The notes under the pieces were generated by a model that saw only the letters and a program-made list of their open reading frames with translations, was not told where the DNA came from and searched no databases. A DNA stretch of 64,000 bases from the human T2T-CHM13v2.0 reference genome, Homo sapiens: assembly GCF_009914755.1 (NCBI RefSeq), contig NC_060941.1; one strand, given 5' to 3'. The position numbers were made by a program, and so were the translations under genes. Positions 1 to 17,349 of this stretch are shown here, in pieces (position 1 is the stretch's first letter; each line of letters starts with the position of its first letter).

Positions 1-12
1 CATATCATACAG

Positions 13-180
13 GAGATTCAATAAGTGTAATTGGCAGAAACAACAGCAACAACTTTGACCTGAACCGAAATTTCCCAGACCAGTTTGTTCAGATCACAGA
101 TCCTACGCAACCAGAAACTATTGCTGTAATGAGCTGGATGAAGTCCTATCCATTTGTACTTTCAGCAAACCTGCATGGAG
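13..180 (+). CDS. CPD: Carboxypeptidase D exon 7 (domain II)
   Basis: AG at 11-12, GT at 181; encodes (G)[24 protein letters not shown]...SANLHG(G), including the M14 substrate-binding NRNF motif and the Zn-ligand LHGG motif. Confidence 0.97.
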
Positions 181-356
181 GTATGGCAACTTTATATTCT
201 ACTAATCAGTTCTTGTTGAGAGCATTTGGAAATCCTGGTGGAATTTTATCTGTTTGTAGTGTTATGCTTTCTTAAAATGAGTATCCTGTTACTGCTCTTA
301 TGGCAGACAACAGTAAAGGTCTTTTCTCATTACTTTTTCAGCCAGTGTCCTGGCTG

Positions 357-583
357 TTTCTTTCCTCCTTCTTTCTCTCTTTTTTTCCTCCTCTTCTCTT
401 CTCCTTTTACCCCCATCTCTTCTCTCCACCCCTTTCTCCTCTCTTTTCTCACCTACTACTTCTCTTTCCCTTCTCTTACCTCCTCTCCCCTTTCTTCTCT
501 GTCTTGTCTTTTTTCTCCTCTCCTCTCCTTCTCCCCCGCCTGTCCCCCTACTCTGTTCTTCCTCCTCCTCTCCTCTTCCTCTC
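357..583. repeat. CT-rich low-complexity polypyrimidine tract
   Basis: ~230 bp almost entirely C/T on the + strand. Confidence 0.9.
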
Positions 584-899
584 ATAGTTCTTCAGGTATT
601 TTGTATTTATCTCTCACATTGGGAACTTGGTAACATATTCTTTGTCATTCATAAAAATTGATCCAAATGTTTAGTTCTGTTTTCTCCCTGAAGTTTAATA
701 AACTCTTTTATGTAAATTTAGATTTTGATATTCTCTTTTTTACTTGGTATATCCTTAACTGCAGCAGAGTGACCACATTCTCATGTAGTACCTGAGCTCA
801 TATACCTCCATATAATTTAGCAGGATGGATCGGTTGAATAGGATGAGTGTCAAGATTAAAAATCGCCACAATGTCCAACTAAGGTTGCGAATAAGAGTG

Positions 900-1516
900 A
901 AGATATCAGTACCCAAGAGAACCAAACTGTGTCCACACATAAACTCACTTGAACAAAATGTTCACTCATTTAATGTACAGTGCTCATGTATATGAATGTT
1001 CAATGTACATGAACGTTCATTCAGGATTATTCACAATAACAAAAAAGTTGAAACAACCCAAACAACCATCATCTGATAAATAGATAAATAAAATGTGGTC
1101 TGTCCTTACAATGAATATTATTTGGCTCGAAAAGGAATCAAGTGCTGATACATGCTACAACATAGATCCTTGAAACCTTACACTAAGTGACAAAAGCCAG
1201 TCATAATAGACCACATAGTGCATGATTATTATTTTTTTCTTTATCAAGTTGATTATATTTTTATGAAATTTTTAGAATAGGCATATCCATAGAGACAGGA
1301 AGTAGATTAAAGATTGTATTGGGCTGGAGTGAATAGTGGTAAGAGGTGATAGGGGAGTGACTGCTAATGGATTTTGGGGTTTCTTTTTGGAGTTATGAAA
1401 ATGTTCTATAACTGGATAGTGGTAGTGGTTGTACAACCCTGTGAATATAAACAACTTTAAATGGGTGAATTGCATGGTATTTGAATTACATCAGTAAAAC
1501 TACTAAAAAAAAAAAA
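900..1516 (+). mobile_element. Old L1 (L1MB-like) 3' end
   Basis: Typical L1M 3' UTR motifs (gaaacaacccaaa, atacatgctacaaca, tccatagagacag, gggtgaattgcatggt) ending in an A-tract at ~1506-1516. Confidence 0.7.
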
Positions 1517-2133
1517 GTGACAAGTATTAGCACCAGGGGCAATGGGGAAGAAATTTAGTTTCAACATTTACTGGAATATCCAGAAGTACCATAGTGGAGA
1601 CTTCATGTCATATAGAGTAGCCTGCCATTTTAGAATGACAGTACATACTGATGGATATTTAGATTTAGGAGGTTAATTGAGATTCTCCAAAAATTGCTTT
1701 GAAAGATTGCCAATAGTAGAAAAAAGTACTTCTACAGTTGGTAATCATATATTGTTCTCAAAGAGTCAAATAAGAACTATGAAGTTATACCCTGGTTGGC
1801 AAAATAAATTTTTTGTTTTCTTTTATTATATTTTATGTGTTTAATGCTATGTTTGATAAAATTCACTTATTTAGAGCTTTAAAAATAGTCTCATAATAAA
1901 TCACACATCATGTTGGCTAAATCTGGAAAGTTAATAATAGTTACATTCCAGTGAAAATAAGTCACAGATTTACAGATGTGGTGTCCAGACCTTGGCATGG
2001 TGAGAGGTAGGAATCTTCAGTCATGCAGACATTTTTCTTTCCATGACATATTTTGTTTTCTCATCTTAAAATCCTTATTTAAATGGAGTTTGAAATCTTG
2101 GCAAAGCAGTTTGAAGGAGAATTTCTTTGTTGC

Positions 2134-2680
2134 TGTACAGGAGTAAAAAATCCTCATAGAGTCCGCAGCTGGAGCTTGTGAATTAAGCTGATAAAAGACA
2201 GATTAAAAGAAAAAAGCATACAAATTTTATTTGATGTTTGTATGTGGCACAGGCAACAGGCAGTGGGGGAGTTCATAGGAAAGACGTGAAACCCTCAAAA
2301 AAGCAGTGTTAAGGACTTAGTGCTCTTATAACAAAGGGTAATACCTTGTGGAAAAGTGACTACACAAAGGAAGGGGTTTAGACTTCTAGGGGTAAAAAAT
2401 TGTGGGAAAGTGACTAGGAAATATGCGGGGGAAACTAATGAAAGATGAGGGTTATTTTACTAAGGTTTGTTTGTGTCAACTCATCTTGGTGTTGACTATC
2501 CCATCTCTGATGGTACCAGGAAGGTGCCTTTCTCACGGGAAATTTATGCCCTAATTTTAGGCAGAAAGAGGGAGGGTAGATAGCCTTTCCTGCATCTGCT
2601 GTTTCTCAGTTGCCTTCAGCTCTAAATAATTAACATGCTAAAGAGTTATATTCTGGGGCAGAATGTTCTGATTCCTTTCC
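2134..2680 (-). mobile_element. Solo ERV1-class LTR, MER34-like
   Basis: Minus strand begins gaaaggaatcagaacattctgccccagaatataactctttagcatg...gagctgaaggcaactgagaa, resembling the recalled MER34 5' end. Confidence 0.55.
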
Positions 2681-2768
2681 CTGCCATCTTTATAATTTAG
2701 AAGGATCTTGAAAGAAGATAGGGGAAAGCAATATTCTTTTTCATAAAATTTCAAAAATTTTGATACTA

Positions 2769-4130
<1,362 letters not shown>

Positions 4131-4393
4131 CTAATTATTTTTTTGAGGTAGACTGTTTGGTAGAAGTACTATAAATCTTTTTTTGTGGCTTTAGAAAATT
4201 AGCCATTTGAAAGATATCTTCTCACTTATTCACTTTGAATTGAAGAAATTAGTGTAATTTTCATTTCTGTTGAGGAAATTCTGCTTGGCAAATTTTATTG
4301 TTTTCTCTTCTCTGGCAGTATTCTGAAAAGCTTTATGTTAATAATCCATCTTGAAACAGACAACATGATACATTTTCCTCTTTTCCCTTATAG

Positions 4394-4503
4394 GTTCTTT
4401 GGTGGTTAACTACCCTTTTGATGATGATGAACAAGGACTTGCCACATATAGTAAATCACCAGATGATGCTGTGTTCCAACAAATAGCACTTTCTTATTCC
4501 AAG
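4394..4503 (+). CDS. CPD: Carboxypeptidase D exon 8
   Basis: ttatag|GT...AAG|gtagg; [36 protein letters not shown]; phase 1 in, phase 0 out. Confidence 0.97.
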
Positions 4504-4796
4504 GTAGGCTTGTCTTTGAATATAAAATGTTACAAAATTAATTCTTTTATTTAAAAATATGCTTTAAAGTCCTGCAAGACTCAGGTCAAGTGCTTCCATA
4601 GTTAATAAAGCATGACTTTTTCAGCTGTTTCCGAAAAATAGCTTTTTCTCCTGTTTCCCACCTCACTTTTGAATACACTACATGTCTTTCTCCATTGGCC
4701 TTTTATCTATGGTTTTAGCACAGTACCTGGAACATATACATGTCAATTTATTTCATTTGACAAATAAGTTATAAGCCCAGTAAAGTAGGCCAAGAT

Positions 4797-5087
4797 AAGG
4801 GCTTAATGAATTATAGCTCTGGAGCCAAATCTTGCCCACCACCTGTTTTTGTAAATAAAATTGTATTGACACACAGCCACAGCTATATTTTTATATATTG
4901 TGTGTGGCTGCTTTCTCCTTCAACATTTCAAAGTAAGTCAGTATAATTTACTATATTAACAAACTAAAGAAGGAAAATCCAGTGATCAAAGGGCAAAGTT
5001 GGGTAGTTTCAACAAAGACTTTTGCATCTAAAAAGTCTGAAATATTTGCTTTCTGGTTTTTTACAGGAAAAAATTGCCAAACTTTAG
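4797..5087 (+). mobile_element. MER58A-like hAT-Charlie MITE containing an internal insertion
   Basis: gccaaatcttgcccaccacctgtttttgtaaataaa...cacagccac...aatatttgctttctgg...caggaaaaaattgcc. Confidence 0.65.
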
Positions 5088-5245
5088 TCTAAGGTATTTA
5101 AGATCCTGTAGTTACATATAGCAAGGAAAAGCAGGCAGAAATTTCTGTATTTTCCAAACTTCCTATGATAAACATGGATTACTCTTACAATCGGGAATGT
5201 TAAAATGTGTGTGTGTGTGAAAATTTAATTTAAAAATCGTTCTTA

Positions 5246-5554
5246 GGACCAGGCTTGGTGGCTCATGCCTGAAATCGTAGCACTTTGGTAGGGCAAGGCA
5301 GGAGAATTGCTTGAGCTCTCAGGAGTTTGAGACCAGACTGGGCAACATAGCAAGAGCTTGCCTCTACTAAAAATAAAAAATAAAAAAAAAATTAGCCGGT
5401 TGTGGTGACATGCATTTGTTGTTCCAGCTACTTAGGAGGCTGAGGTGGGAGGATTGCTCTATCCCAGGAGATTGAGGTTGAAGTGAGCTTGATCACAATA
5501 CTATACTCTAGCCTGGGTGACAAAGCTGAGACCCTGTCTCAAAAAAATAAAAAT
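5246..5554 (+). mobile_element. Alu (AluJ-like)
   Basis: Dimeric Alu with A-rich linker and tail. Confidence 0.9.
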
Positions 5555-8309
5555 TGTCTTAGAAAACATGTTAAAAGTTGAGGCTTGTAAACTAAGCTTG
5601 TTAGTTTCAATGTTTGGTGTTACTACTGACTTAGTATTGTTATTGGTTATATTGGTACTATTATTGGTTATAGGTAATGAATATTATTACTGTAACTCTG
5701 CACTCTCCAGTCACAGTCCTCCATCCTTCCACTTTTCCCATTCCCTCATCCTCTGCAAATGAATCTTGTGAGATTGTTCAGAGTTTCTACTAGAGGAGTA
5801 CAGCTGTTCATTTCACCTTAGAGAATTATTGCTTTCTGTTTGGACATATATGTTTTTTTGAAGTACATACGTGGAGTAATAAGAGAATGTATAGTGTCCC
5901 AACCATCAAAATAAAAATTAAATGGCTGGATTTTGCATATTTTCTCATCACATTCTATGCTCATTCTCATGATTTCTGCTTTTCGCCTTCATTTTGGCTT
6001 CTAGTTCCTTATCTTCTCTTTGTTTTCTTAGACCATTAACCCTTTTGATTTGATTTACCTTTCTCTGTAGGGTAGACCCATGGACATACCTTTTCAATGA
6101 TTCTCCTAAGGGTCTTGTACACCCCTTTGACATAACTGCTTTGCCCTCCAGTCCTCAGTAATTACCATTATCTCTTTTCTCCATACCAATATTACAAGTA
6201 CAGCCTAGAGTGGTCACACTGTCACGGCAATTTGCTATAGTCCATATGTGTGCTCTCCAACTTCAGCTGAACCCTCAGTCCTACATGGCAACATTTCCTG
6301 TTTAGCTACTTGACTCCCTGGCTCAGTTCCCACTATGGTGATTCAGAGCCTTTATCCTCTATCTGAGCCTCCTGTTCCAGCTCTATCCCTCTTATTCATA
6401 GTAGATCACTTTGCATTGAACTCAAGTAGAACTTTGAGTAATCTGATGTGAGTTCACTAAGATTCTGTCTTCTCAATTGTTTCTCATGTGTGTCTTAACA
6501 ATATTCTCCTCCATTTCTTGATCCCACTGCATTCTGCCTCCTCGAATCTTGTGTCTTCATATCTTATTTTATAAATGAGGAAGGTGATAATTAAACTCCC
6601 CAGTCTTCACTCACAGCCTTTTTTCTCTTGGTCAATAAGCAGCTCCTCTAAAAATATTGTCTTCTGCTAACCTTAGTAAGCCCCCATGAAGCTACCATTC
6701 AAAGTTTCTTTATTTTTACTCTTCAAAACTTCTCAAAAGTAGATAGTCTTGGGAGACATCTGAGCAGCCAAAGACAATGATGGCTATGTGATAACCTATC
6801 TCCCAGGGTTTTTCTTTAAACAATATAAAACGACTTAAAAACTACCAAATTTTACACAAAACCACACTGTTGGCATCACAAAAGATCCTGAAACTGCAAA
6901 ATAACTGTAAATTTTTTAAAAATCAAGAAGTCTCAGCATGATCTATCATGCACCTACCCCACCTTCGCCCCACCACAAGGCTTTGTGGTGAGGTAAAACA
7001 GACCAAGAAAACTTACGGAGAAGACAGAAGTGGGTGCCAGTGAAGGGCAGCTGTGAAGGTAATTTGGAATGACCACCATACATCACATATGCACTAAATC
7101 CAAAAATACTAAAAGAGTAACTGGGCAGATTAGAGCTCTGGAATACAGGGAAGAGATTTCAAAATGCACACAACTTAAAGGATCTGGTGTGATTTAATGG
7201 GATAAGTACAATTTAAAAGGAGAGGATGGTTACAGGGAGATCTTCCAAACTCATAGCTTCTGGAGAAGGAAAAAAAGAGGCAAAGATAGAAATGAAGAAG
7301 TGCTCCTTGGCAATTAGATGGTGAATGGGAAAAGGAAAAAGTGGGGAGAAATGTAAGGTTTTACAAGACAGAAAAGAACTTTAAAATCAGAAGATTCTCA
7401 GCTCCACCCTTACCACCAAGACAAATAAATAACCACACTGAGGTACCTGGATTTTGCTAGACCGACAGAAAAGTGTACCATTAAGCTAGGAATAATATTA
7501 AATGCCCAATATCATAAAAATAAAGAGGAAAATAAAGTCCATGGAAAATGATTGCAGAAAATTAGGAAATGAAACTTCACATATAGACACTAAGGAGACC
7601 CTACCATTAGCAAAAAATAATCGAGAAGCAGAAGAAAACTGTTCAGTTGGCATTCTAAACAGATTAAGTATACCCAAATATACGTTGAGAATATGAGAAA
7701 CTACCTCAACTCAGATAGTCAAAAAATAAAAACAGAGGCCAGGAAACAAAAAACAGGGATAAATAAAATAAAGTTTATAGGACTCAGGAAAAAAATGGAA
7801 GAAAAAGACAAAATTATCTCTGAAATGAAGAATAAATGACAAAAGTTAGGGAACTCATACATCCAATTTCAAACTTACTACAAAGCTACAGTAATTAAGA
7901 CAGTGTGGTACTGGCATAAAGACAGACATATAGATCAATGAAATAGAACTGAGAACCCAGGAATAAATTCTTATGTTGATGGTCAGTTGATTTTTTTTTT
8001 TAGAAAAGGATGCCAAGACAATTCAATAGGCAAAGAATAGATTTTTTAAATAAATGGTGCTGGGACAATTGGATATTTATATGCAAAAGAATAAACTAGA
8101 TACCTTCCTCACACCACACCCCAAAATTAGCTTAAAATAGGTCATAAACCTAAATATAGGAACTAAAACTATAAAACTAAGAAAAAATAGGAATACATTT
8201 TTGTGATTTGGTCCTCCTCTAGATATGACATCGGAAGCACAAGTGACAAAAAAAGATTGATACATTGGACATAATCCAGATTTAAAACTTCTTTACTGCA
8301 AAAAAAAAC

Positions 8310-8752
8310 TGTATTTGTTTCCTAGTTCTGCTGTAACAAAATTCCACAAACTGGGTGGTCTAAGACAACAGGAATTTATTGTCTCATAGTTTTGGAGGCC
8401 AGAAGTCCAAAATCACAGTGTTGGCAGGGCCATTCTCCCTCTGAAACTGTGGAAGAATCCTTCCTTGTTTCTCCCTAGTTTCTGGTGCTTTGCTGGCAAC
8501 CATTGGCATTCCTTCACTTCTAGGTGCATCACTCCAACCCTTCATCATCACACGGCATTCTCCCTCTGTCTTCGTATCCCAGTTTCCCCTTTGTACAAGG
8601 ACACCGTCATATTGGATTAGGGCCCATGCTAATCACCTTATTTTAACTTGATTACCTCTGTAAGGAACTTATTTTTAAATAAGATCACATTTTGAGGTAC
8701 TGAGGGTTAGGACTTCAATATATTTTTGGAGGACACAACTCAATCCATAACA
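8310..8752 (-). mobile_element. Solo MaLR LTR (MLT1C-like)
   Basis: TG...CA termini; minus strand starts tgttatggattgagttgtgtcctcc; ~440 bp. Confidence 0.7.
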
Positions 8753-8787
8753 TATAACATCCAGGAAGTAAAAAGACAACCCACAGA

Positions 8788-8951
8788 AGCTGGGCTTGGT
8801 GACACGTGCCTGTAGTCCCAGCTACTTGGGAGGCTGAGGCCGAAGGATTGCTTGAGCCCAAGAAGTAGAGGCTATCGTGAGCTATGATCATGCCACTGCA
8901 CTCCAGCTTTGGTGACAGAAGGAGACCCCAGCCCCCAAAAAATAAATAAAT
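8788..8951 (+). mobile_element. Free right Alu monomer (FRAM-like) with TSD
   Basis: Right-arm-only sequence; flanked by AGACAACCCACAGA (8774-8787) and AGATGACCCACAGA (8952-8965). Confidence 0.75.
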
Positions 8952-10024
8952 AGATGACCCACAGAATAAGAGAAAATTTTTGTAAATCATATATTTTGAT
9001 AAAGGTGTTATATCTAAAATATATAAAGAACTCTTATGGCTAAATAATAAAAAGACAAATCATCCAAGTGAAAAATAGGCAAAGGATCTGAATGGACATT
9101 TCTCTGAAGAAGAGAAAATGGCCAATAAGCACATGAAAAGATGCTCAATATTATTAGCCATTAGAGAAATGCAAGTCAATACCACAATGAGATACCTCTT
9201 GTTACCCACTAGAATGGCTGTAATTTTAAAAAATGGAAAATATGCATAGGCAAAGGTGGAAAAATTGAAACCTTACATACATTGCTGGTGGGGTGTAAAA
9301 TGGTATAACTGCTTTGAAAAACAGTCTGGCAGTGCTTTAAAACATTAAATATAGAATTGTAATATGACCCAGCATTCCACTGCTAGGTATATACCCAAGA
9401 GAAATGGAAACATGTATTCACACAAAAACTTGTACATGAATATTTGTAGCAGCATTATTCATAATAGCCCCAAATGGAAGCAACCAAAATGTCCATCAAC
9501 TGATGAATGGGTTAACAAACTGATAAGTAGACATACAAAATCATACAGTGGAATATTATTCAGCCATAAAAAGTAATGAAGTAATGATACACAGTACAAC
9601 TTGAATGAACCTTAAAAACCTACTAAGTGAAAGAAGTCACAAGAGACTACATATTGTATGATTCAGTTTATATGTAATGTTCAGAGTAGGCAAACCCATA
9701 GAGACAGAAAGTAGATTGGTGGTTGCCTAGGGTTTGGAGTGGGGGTGGGGAGTAGGGGTTGGGGAAAAATGGAGAATGCTAATAGGTATAGAGTTTCTTT
9801 TTGGGGTGATGAAAATGTCCTAAAATTTATTATGGTGGGTGGTTATACAACTCTATGAATACTAAAAACCATTGAATTGTACACTTTAAATGGAGTCAAT
9901 GTGTGGAATGTGAATTATATCTCAATAAAGTGGATTTTGAAAACCTAAAGAAGACTGAGGGGTGGAGGATCCATTCTGTATTCGTATATAAGTTAAAAAA
10001 ATGAGATCTAAAAGTTATATACCA

Positions 10025-10344
10025 AGCCCGGTGTGATGGCTCACACCTGTAATCTCAACACTTTGGGAGGCCGAGGTGGGCAGATTCGTTGAGCCCAGGA
10101 GTTCGAGACCAGCCTGGGCAACATAGTCAAACCCCATCCCTACAAAAAATACAAAAATTAGCCAGGTGTGTGGGTGCATGCCTATAGTCCCAGCTCCTCA
10201 GGAGGGTGAGGTGGAAGGATCACTTGAGCGTGGGGAGATTGAGGCTGCAGTGAGCCTGTGTTTCCACTACTGCACTCTGAGCTGGGTGACAAACAAGACC
10301 CAGTTTCAAAACCAAAACAAAACCAAAACAAAACCAAAGCAAAA
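10025..10344 (+). mobile_element. Alu (AluJ-like)
   Basis: Dimeric Alu with (CAAAA)n tail. Confidence 0.9.
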
Positions 10345-10416
10345 GAGCATGCATATAATTATTACAGTAATCTAAAATTATGGTTTTTATTTGATAAGAG
10401 AGTGATGGGATGATAA

Positions 10417-10748
<332 letters not shown>

Positions 10749-11596
10749 ATCTTACCTGTCCCTGTTTATATATTTTAAATGGTTAATTCTCTGTGGTAGA
10801 AAAATGGGAAATTATTCTTTTTCTCTTCACACTTTCAGTACTTTTTTTCTGTTTCAAAAAGAGATAAATGAAGTTTTGACCATCTTTCAAAGCTCAATTT
10901 CTTCTAGGAAACTCCCCCTGCCACTCTCATCAGATGTAATCTTTCTCTCCTCTTGCTTTCAATGGCATGCATTTGTGTCTCCATGGCAGTTTTTCTTACC
11001 CTTCATTGAGTTATCAGTTGGACACCTACTGTATGCTAGATGCTGAGGACACAGAGACACAAACTGTTTCAAGGAATAGTGTATTGTCTTTAGGGAAGAG
11101 AAAGGTGCAACTAGTTGTAATAGGGTAAGATAATTGTACAGAGGGCAGTCAGAGCACAGAGGGGCCATCTTATTCCTGCTAGCAGTCAGGGAAAGCTGCT
11201 TGCTTTTATTGTGTGTGTATTATCTTTTTTGGACTTCAAGCTCCTTGAAAGCATGAAACGAAAGTATAAATATGAGCAGAAATTTTTTTTAGAGAGGGGT
11301 TCAGCTAGGTTTTATATTACTTGTAATTGCGAGTAATAAATGAAGTCAATATTTTCTTACGGAGCACATTGTATTTTGATTTTTAAAAATAGATAAGTTC
11401 AGATAGTGAAAAATCAAAATGGCATAAAAAGCTATACACTGAAAAGTCTCACTGCTCATAGCCCCACCCCACTCCCACCTCCACCCCTCACATACCCTGT
11501 TGGAAGCCACTTTTATTATTTTCCTGTATCTTTCCAGTATTTTTTTTTGATGGAGATACAAACAAATAGAAGTAAAGATTCTTTTTGTTTTTCCAG

Positions 11597-11699
11597 GAAA
11601 ATTCCCAGATGTTTCAAGGTAGACCTTGCAAGAATATGTATCCTAATGAATATTTTCCTCATGGAATAACAAATGGAGCTAGTTGGTATAATGTGCCAG
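11597..11699 (+). CDS. CPD: Carboxypeptidase D exon 9
   Basis: ttccag|GAA...CCAG|gtaaag; [34 protein letters not shown]. Confidence 0.97.
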
Positions 11700-11990
11700 G
11701 TAAAGATTCTTTTATATCAAGGCCTTACAACTTGATGGCCTTTCTGCTTTCCTAGATGGTGCTTCTTGTTATTATCTTTTAGTTTTGAGGAATAATAATT
11801 ATTTTTAAAACATGGTTTAAATAGTTTAAAATATTTAAATAATCTTTTCAACTACTTTTATGTTTGATGTACGTTGAGGGTTGAGTAAGAATAATGCACT
11901 AAAACTTGATTAAATGGTTACATTTTACTTCTGGCTATTAGAAAGAATCTTACATGTGCTAATAGAAGAGTGTAAGCTATATTTGAATTC

Positions 11991-14901
<2,911 letters not shown>

Positions 14902-14934
14902 TCAGAGTGACTAATTTTAATTTTTATCTTTTAG

Positions 14935-15077
14935 GAGGAATGCAGGACTGGAACTATTTACAAACAAATTGCTTTGAAGTGACTATTGAACTAGGTTGTG
15001 TGAAATATCCACTTGAGAAAGAGCTGCCAAACTTTTGGGAACAGAATCGAAGATCACTAATCCAGTTTATGAAACAG
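14935..15077 (+). CDS. CPD: Carboxypeptidase D exon 10 (contains catalytic Glu of domain II)
   Basis: ttttag|GA...CAG|gtgact; [26 protein letters not shown]...FMKQ. Confidence 0.97.
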
Positions 15078-16428
15078 GTGACTATTCAGGAGTGAAGTAT
15101 GAAATTTCTCCCGAGGGTGAAAAGATTTTTGTGCGTACACGTGGTTTTTGTGCAGTGATTTTGGAATACACTCTTTAAAATTTCAATTCATTTTAGTATA
15201 TTTAACCAGTTTGTATATTCCAAGGTGTTTAATATATTTATCTAGAAAATTCGTGAATGGAAATGAGTTTATTTGTATATGTGAGGAAAAGTTGAAGAAA
15301 ATGATTGAACAAGGTAGTGATATTTTGCTCTTAAGGGTTAGTGGTCACTTTTTACCCGTGTTTAAAAAAGACCAGCATAAATTGGATACACACCTAATCA
15401 TTGGCCAAGTGATAGAAAGATGGGCTGTGGAGTGAATGTTTTTATTCTTTTTCTTGTTGCCAGTGATTTACTGTGAAATGATTAATTTCCTTTTGTTTGG
15501 ATATGTGTGGTGGCCAGTAGGTAAAGATTATAAGAAATATACTAATGTTAATTAGGATAATCAGACTAATACTTTCTGCCAGTACATTTCTGCATTTTTC
15601 TTTTTCCTGAGTGGTGTGACATAAAGTCTGTGAGTTTTTTTTACTATATTTAAAGACATTTTATTCTGAAAAATTTTAAATATACAGAAAAGTTATGACT
15701 AGCCAATAATTATTCCTATACCTAGATTTAACATTTTTAACATTTTGTTATATTTGCTTTATTTTAATGTAAATTTTATTTACACACTCACATACACATA
15801 CATATTTTTGACTGAACTATTGTAATATAAATTGCAGGTATGGTATTTTACCCCTAAATATTTCAGCATCTATCTCCTAAAAATAAGGAGCTACTACATA
15901 CTATCTCTAAGTGCTACTGTCCTACCCAAGAAAATTAACAGTAATTCCCTAATATTACCTAATACTTAGTTTATATTTAAATGTCCATATTTGTCCCCAA
16001 AATGTAATTTTACAGCTGTATTTTATGACCAGGATCTAGTCAAGTTTCATGCATTGCATTGGATTATTATATCTCTTTACTATTCTTTGAACTATAAGAG
16101 TCCTTCTGTTTTTAAAAAATGCCATTTCCTTTTGAAAAGGCCAGGTCTGTTTTCTTGTAGAATGTCATATATTCTGAAATCATCAGAATGTGCTAAAGTT
16201 TAAACAGTGTTATTTATATTCTTCATGATAAAGAGAAACAAAGCCTATGAAAAATTAGCCTTCAGAAATATTTTAATGAACATTTACATTGAACTTTACT
16301 CTGAACTCCTAAATTCCTGTTTGTTCCATTTATTTGTGTTGACAATCTGTTATTTTGAATATGACCTCCCAAGATAATTAGATGATGATGTTTATTATTG
16401 AAATCTGGTGTCCTTGTACTTAATCCAG

Positions 16429-16598
16429 GTTCATCAGGGCGTCAGAGGATTTGTTCTAGATGCCACAGATGGCAGGGGTATATTAAATGCCACCATTAGT
16501 GTTGCTGAGATTAATCACCCAGTGACTACTTACAAAACTGGAGATTACTGGCGTCTCTTGGTTCCAGGAACTTATAAAATCACAGCATCTGCTCGAGG
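16429..16598 (+). CDS. CPD: Carboxypeptidase D exon 11 (transthyretin-like subdomain II)
   Basis: atccag|GTT...GG|gtgagt; [17 protein letters not shown]...[19 protein letters not shown]. Confidence 0.97.
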
Positions 16599-17143
16599 GT
16601 GAGTGACTGAATGCTTTGAAATAGAGTGCTCGGAGGACAAACATGGCTCCATTCTGGAGGATTATTACTAGAACGTTCTAGAGAGCCTGTTAAGCAACTT
16701 TGAATGGATTGCTGCGAAGTTTAGGGCTGGTTATACCTTTGACTCTCCTTTAGTGGCAGATAGAGTACACGAAAAAAAAAAAAAGGAAAGATTCCTGGGG
16801 TAAATATTCTAGTTATTGCTTAGTTGACTCATTGTGACATGCTTCCAACCTGGACATTAAACAAGACATTTTAGAATACACATCAAATCCTGATCCTCAT
16901 GGCCTTAGGTTTTTTATTTAAAAGGAGAGTTAGGCTGAAGTAATTCTACAGTCAGTTCCAATTCATAGTAGAATTTATTGGAAATGTGTTCAAGATAGTT
17001 TTTCCTTTAAAGGAGTAACAGAAGTGTTAGTTGATGAAGCACAAAGAACATAGAAAATGCATAGAAAGAACATTTCTCGTTCTTTTAATTTGCTAAATAC
17101 AGGTAAGCCCAAAGCAATGCAGTCTATTTAACATGCTAGTAAC

Positions 17144-17349
17144 TTTTTTTTTTTTTTTTTTTTTTTTTTGAGACAGAGCTTCTCTCTATCGCCCAGGCTG
17201 GAGTGCATGGCACTATCTCAGCTGCCTGCAACTTCTGCCTCCTGGGTTCAAGGGATGCTTGTGCCTCAGCCTCCCAAGTAGTTGATATTACTGGTGTGTG
17301 CCACCACACCCGACTAATTTTTGTATTTTTAGTAGAGACAGGGTTTCTC
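17144..17349 (-). mobile_element. 5'-truncated Alu
   Basis: Long T tract, right arm and linker, then breaks off. Confidence 0.85.

Larger units (their letters stand above)
7855..9935 (+). mobile_element. Old L1 (L1MB-like) ORF2 3' part and 3' UTR, interrupted by MLT1 and FRAM
   Basis: acttactacaaagctacagtaattaagacagtgtggtactggcat ([13 protein letters not shown]) through to ctcaataaag at 9921-9930. Confidence 0.75.

Noticed and set aside
10-15. NAGNAG acceptors CAGGAG (exon 7) and TAGGAG (exon 10, 14932-14937)
   Set aside because: The distal site is GAG, which is rarely used, and its use would delete a conserved Gly; no support from sequence alone
226-633. ORFs of 95-135 aa (Leu/Phe/Ser-rich on +, Glu/Arg/Lys-rich on -)
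   Set aside because: They arise from the CT-rich tract, which lacks stop codons; intronic, with no protein-like complexity
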